A DNA stretch of 64,000 nt from Nitrosopumilus sp. (GTDB lineage Archaea; Thermoproteota; Nitrososphaeria; Nitrososphaerales; Nitrosopumilaceae). A program made the position numbers and the translations under genes. A model generated the notes under the pieces. It had not been told where the DNA came from, searched no databases, and worked only from the letters and a program-made list of their open reading frames with translations. The first letter of the stretch is position 1. Each line of letters opens with the position of its first letter. The DNA lies in the NCBI GenBank assembly GCA_965218785.1, contig OZ244650.1, positions 1,344,001 to 1,408,000 of the forward strand, in the 5' to 3' direction. Below are positions 60,328-64,000 of this stretch, one piece after another.

Positions 60328-62076
60328 ATGGAAAAGTATTCAGACGATGTTTCAAATATACACGACAGATTCTCCCTTACTCTAATCAATCCGTCCTCAC
60401 ACTATTTTTCACTAGTAGGTTCGCTGATTACAGTGGCAGTAATTTCATTTACGATATATTTCGGGTATTTGAAGGATTTTGGGATTGACGAGGCATGGTA
60501 TAGGGTTCTGGCAGTAATCGGAGTATTACTGCTAACACAGTTATTGGACACGAGGTTTACAAAGAAAAAGGAATACACCAAATCATTACACTCGTCTCTT
60601 TTTGCAAACATGTTGTGGGCAGTCACGCTGTTAATGGGACTGCTGGCAAGCTTTGTTTTGTCAAAAGAAACGTCACTGTTCTTTGTAACTTTTGGCATGT
60701 TTTTGTTTGCGAGTTTTAGAATAGGAATCTACACGACGACTCTTGGAATTAGCATCAGAAAAGCATGGGCAATATGTTTTGTCCAGCCATTAGCAATGTT
60801 TTTCACACTAGTTCCACAAGACATGTGGCTTTCCATGTTAAGTGAACCCGTAACACTGGCGTATGGGGCATCATTTTTGATAATTGCAAGCATGTGGTCA
60901 ATACTGACTGACAGGGCAGGAAGACCTGGTATGGAGAGCACCCATAAAACCATTCAGGCATATCTTGCATCACAGGGAAATGATCATACGGAGGCCGAAG
61001 AAATTATGGAACAGCGTTCAAGTGAGACCAGGGTGTCTACAGCCCAGATAAGACTATCATCATCAACAGGCAAATCAGAATTTAGAATGGTCCTGCCGGA
61101 AATACATCCGGGTCCGTATCATCCCGTAGGTGGAAGCAACATACCGTACCTGATCTACAAAAACCTGGACTCGACTGCAATGATAATGCACAGCATATCA
61201 GATCACTCCCTGAATCTGCCTTCAAAAAACGAGGTGGAAAATTATCTGAAAAATTTGGAAAACAGCACAGTCAAAGAGGAGGGATTGCAGTGTACAGAGC
61301 CTGTAACGGTTCAAATAAACAAGGCAAGGGTTATCGGACTGTTATTTGGAAACAATCCGGTATTATTTTTGTCACTATCCCCGCACGGAATGGAGGACAT
61401 TCCAAGCTACATGAAGACAGACATTGAAACATATGCAAAAAACCGGAACTATGCCAGAACGCTGATAATAGACTCTCACAACGCGATGGGGGAGGAAATT
61501 TCAAAAGAAGACGGCGAAGACATGCTAAAGGCCGCAAAATCCTGCCTGGATACCCTAATTACAAAAGAGAGTTTTCCAATTGAATTCGGTTATGCAAATT
61601 CAGATGACATGGATGTGTGGACCGAGGATTTGGGAATGGGCGGATTGGGGGTCGTGTGCCTCAAGATTAACGACAATGAATATTTTCTCGGATGGGCAGA
61701 TGCAAACAACATGGAAAACGGCGTCAGAGAGAAGATCATCGAGAATTTTGCAAGGGATGGTCACCGGCTGCTTGAAATCTGCACATCAGATACGCATTAT
61801 GCCCCAGTCAAGGCCAGAAATAGAAACGGCTACTACCAGCTCGGATTGATCACAGCCGCAGACAAGCTCTCAAAATGGCTTTTAGATATTGCAAAAAACG
61901 CAGAAACAAAGACCGCGTCTGCAAAATTTGAAATTTTAGAAAATGAAACCAGGGTGAAGGTCATGGGACAGGAGATCTACGAGGATTACTCCAAGGCACT
62001 AGATAATTCCCTAAAAATTACCAAGGGATTTATGATAGGCGGGGTCTTGCTGTTTATCACTAGTCTGTTCCTATAA
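60328..62076 (+). CDS. DUF2070 family membrane protein
   Basis: N-terminal TMs; HPGP...GGSN, DSHN, DANNM, TSDTH. Confidence 0.82.
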   Translation: MEKYSDDVSNIHDRFSLTLINPSSHYFSLVGSLITVAVISFTIYFGYLKDFGIDEAWYRVLAVIGVLLLTQLLDTRFTKKKEYTKSLHSSLFANMLWAVTLLMGLLASFVLSKETSLFFVTFGMFLFASFRIGIYTTTLGISIRKAWAICFVQPLAMFFTLVPQDMWLSMLSEPVTLAYGASFLIIASMWSILTDRAGRPGMESTHKTIQAYLASQGNDHTEAEEIMEQRSSETRVSTAQIRLSSSTGKSEFRMVLPEIHPGPYHPVGGSNIPYLIYKNLDSTAMIMHSISDHSLNLPSKNEVENYLKNLENSTVKEEGLQCTEPVTVQINKARVIGLLFGNNPVLFLSLSPHGMEDIPSYMKTDIETYAKNRNYARTLIIDSHNAMGEEISKEDGEDMLKAAKSCLDTLITKESFPIEFGYANSDDMDVWTEDLGMGGLGVVCLKINDNEYFLGWADANNMENGVREKIIENFARDGHRLLEICTSDTHYAPVKARNRNGYYQLGLITAADKLSKWLLDIAKNAETKTASAKFEILENETRVKVMGQEIYEDYSKALDNSLKITKGFMIGGVLLFITSLFL

Positions 62077-62713
62077 CTTTCATCTGATCAATATTTCCAT
62101 AAAACTCGTCAATAAACGAGGAGAATTGAAAGATCGGCACGATGGGGACATTCTCTATAAAGTCGACTCTGTCCTGATATAATGTCACAATTACCGGTAC
62201 GGCAGAGGCTCCGGGAGTTTTAGCGACATAATGTTTTGTGCGTTCGATCTGTTTTTTGACGGCAGTTCTCAGCGACGATGTACTGTACCTCTTCCAATGC
62301 TTGCAGTCAATTAGAATTGCTATACCCAACCGGATCCCTATAACGTCAATCTCCATTCTAGGCTTGGTCAGAATCAGGTTTTTGATCACTGCAAAGTGCT
62401 TTGAGATCAAAATCGCGGCAGTCAGCCCTTCAAAATCCTTCCAGTCCAGCACGATGGATATTTCGTCGATTGGAAATCCGTTCTCAAGTAATGTAATGGC
62501 CGCTTGTAATTTGTCGCCGTCTTCAAAGTAATACGAATCGCCCTGCTTTTTACCAATATCATTTTTTATCAGTTCGTCTAGAATTGTTTTCGAGTCAGCG
62601 GCATTCAGATCTGTAACGGCAACAAAATCCTTGACTGAGACACCGCCGGGAATAATTCCCCTCAATCCAACAATGGTTTTGGGATGAATTTTCAACTGAA
62701 TAATCTGATTCAT
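62060..62713 (-). CDS. PD-(D/E)xK restriction-endonuclease-like protein
   Basis: WKDFE, EIDVIG, IDCKHW. Confidence 0.72.
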   Translation of the reverse strand: MNQIIQLKIHPKTIVGLRGIIPGGVSVKDFVAVTDLNAADSKTILDELIKNDIGKKQGDSYYFEDGDKLQAAITLLENGFPIDEISIVLDWKDFEGLTAAILISKHFAVIKNLILTKPRMEIDVIGIRLGIAILIDCKHWKRYSTSSLRTAVKKQIERTKHYVAKTPGASAVPVIVTLYQDRVDFIENVPIVPIFQFSSFIDEFYGNIDQMKVIGTD

Positions 62714-62792
62714 GCAAGGGAATATAGGTTTTAGGGGACGATGCTGCCGGATCATGACATAGACTTTATTACAAGCATTTCAAATTACAGTT

Positions 62793-64000
62793 ATGAAAAA
62801 ATTGCTAGTTATCATGCTAGCTCTTTCAGTTGCAGTCTTGGCATGTCATCCTCATCATTATCATGAGGCATTTGCGGAAAAAAACACGTTTTTTGATTCA
62901 GTCAAATTCATCCAGTATCTGGATGAAAATACGGCATTAGAGGAGGTGCGTAATGGAAATCTTGACGTGTATTATTACAGGATTTCATCAGACAGGCTAG
63001 AGGGCAGCCAGGATTCGGATGATTTGCAGGTGTTTGACTCTACGGGTGGGTCATACAGCATCCTGGTCAATCCGGCAGAGTCTGAAAAATTCAATCCGTT
63101 CTCAATTAAGGATGTCAGATTTGCGCTGAATTATCTGGTGGATAGAAAATTAATTGTAAATGAACTGATGGGCGGGTATGGCTCTAAGATCATCTCCTAT
63201 TATGGTCCGTCAGATCCGGAATACCTCACAGTCATCGAGCAGTTAGAGACGTTTAATTTCAGATACAATCCGACCCTTGCAGAAGAAATTATTGGCAAGG
63301 CACTCAAAGAGAGGGGTGCGGTAAAAATCAACGACAGGTGGCACATCGATCAGAGTCCGATCGAAGTTACCATCTTCATCAGAAGTGACGACCCTGTTAG
63401 AAAATCAATAGGGGAGATTTTGACAGTAGAGCTAGAAAAGATCGGATTTACTGTCACAAAGGATTTTGGAGATCTGAACAAGGCATTTGTGGTGGTGTAC
63501 GGTTCGAATCCGGCTGACTTGAAATGGAGCCTATACACAGAGGGGTGGGGACGTTCTGCATTTGTAAGATATGACGCCGTAGGACTAGGACAGATGTATT
63601 CCCCCTGGTTTTCAAATATGCCGGGATTCAATGATCCCACATACTGGAATTATGAAAACGAAAAGCTCGACGAGATTACCCAGAAGATATACAGCGGGGG
63701 CTTTGAATCCCCGGAGAAGAGAACAGAACTAGTCCGGGAGGCAGTCATCGAGGGGGTAAACGAGTCTGTCAGGATTTTTTTGGCAAGCAAGATTGATCAG
63801 TATGTTGCAAACAAGAGAGTCAGCGGAATAATCAACGACTTTGGCGCCGGAGTTCCAAGCAGGTTCACCCCGATTAATGCAAAAGGCAGCAGTGACGAGT
63901 TTGTAGTAGGGGTAAAACAGATCTATCAGGGGGCGTGGAATCCGGTAATGGGATTAACTGACAGCTACAGCAGACACATCTGGGGAATAGTATCAGATCC
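62793..64000 (+). CDS. ABC transporter substrate-binding protein, family 5 (partial, runs off the window)
   Basis: Signal peptide MKKLLVIMLALSVAVLA; NPFSIKDVRFALNYLVDR; YTEGWG; no stop noticed before the window end. Confidence 0.85.
   Translation, partial: MKKLLVIMLALSVAVLACHPHHYHEAFAEKNTFFDSVKFIQYLDENTALEEVRNGNLDVYYYRISSDRLEGSQDSDDLQVFDSTGGSYSILVNPAESEKFNPFSIKDVRFALNYLVDRKLIVNELMGGYGSKIISYYGPSDPEYLTVIEQLETFNFRYNPTLAEEIIGKALKERGAVKINDRWHIDQSPIEVTIFIRSDDPVRKSIGEILTVELEKIGFTVTKDFGDLNKAFVVVYGSNPADLKWSLYTEGWGRSAFVRYDAVGLGQMYSPWFSNMPGFNDPTYWNYENEKLDEITQKIYSGGFESPEKRTELVREAVIEGVNESVRIFLASKIDQYVANKRVSGIINDFGAGVPSRFTPINAKGSSDEFVVGVKQIYQGAWNPVMGLTDSYSRHIWGIVSD

Noticed and set aside
63350-63640. 96-aa minus-strand ORF
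   Set aside because: Antisense to the ABC substrate-binding gene that runs off the window end.

Overview
This is an archaeal chromosome segment from an ammonia-oxidising Nitrososphaerota (Thaumarchaeota, most likely Nitrosopumilaceae). The assignment rests on CdvA, TFB, PolB, FEN1, ThyX, Sec61-beta, a proteasome beta subunit, aIF-1 and TrmI. Two blocks of housekeeping genes (~0.8-15.0 kb and ~38.2-64 kb) flank a ~23 kb, largely AT-richer defence island between argS and the trmI region. The island carries (i) a complete DNA phosphorothioation operon dndBCDEA and (ii) a convergently transcribed pbeABCD-like module (SF2 helicase, small protein, Rad50/SMC-like ATPase, small partner) headed by a translationally coupled EVE/PUA-like-HNH nuclease. 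(iii) Nested between them is a tightly coupled four-gene operon, ParB / CTPase-less ParB-HTH paralogue / beta-CASP metallo-beta-lactamase nuclease / HEPN protein. I cannot match this operon to a named system and it is the best candidate for an undescribed one. The island also holds (iv) an IS630 scar, a frameshifted second HNH gene, a truncated archaeal ATPase, a CAP-domain protein and a Fic protein. Other notable items are a 109-triplet collagen-like protein, a histone-H1-like basic repeat protein, several small Cys-rich or basic ORFs below the ORF-track cutoff, microsatellite expansions inside core genes, and tRNA-Ser(CGA). All calls come from motif recognition by eye; no database searches were run.
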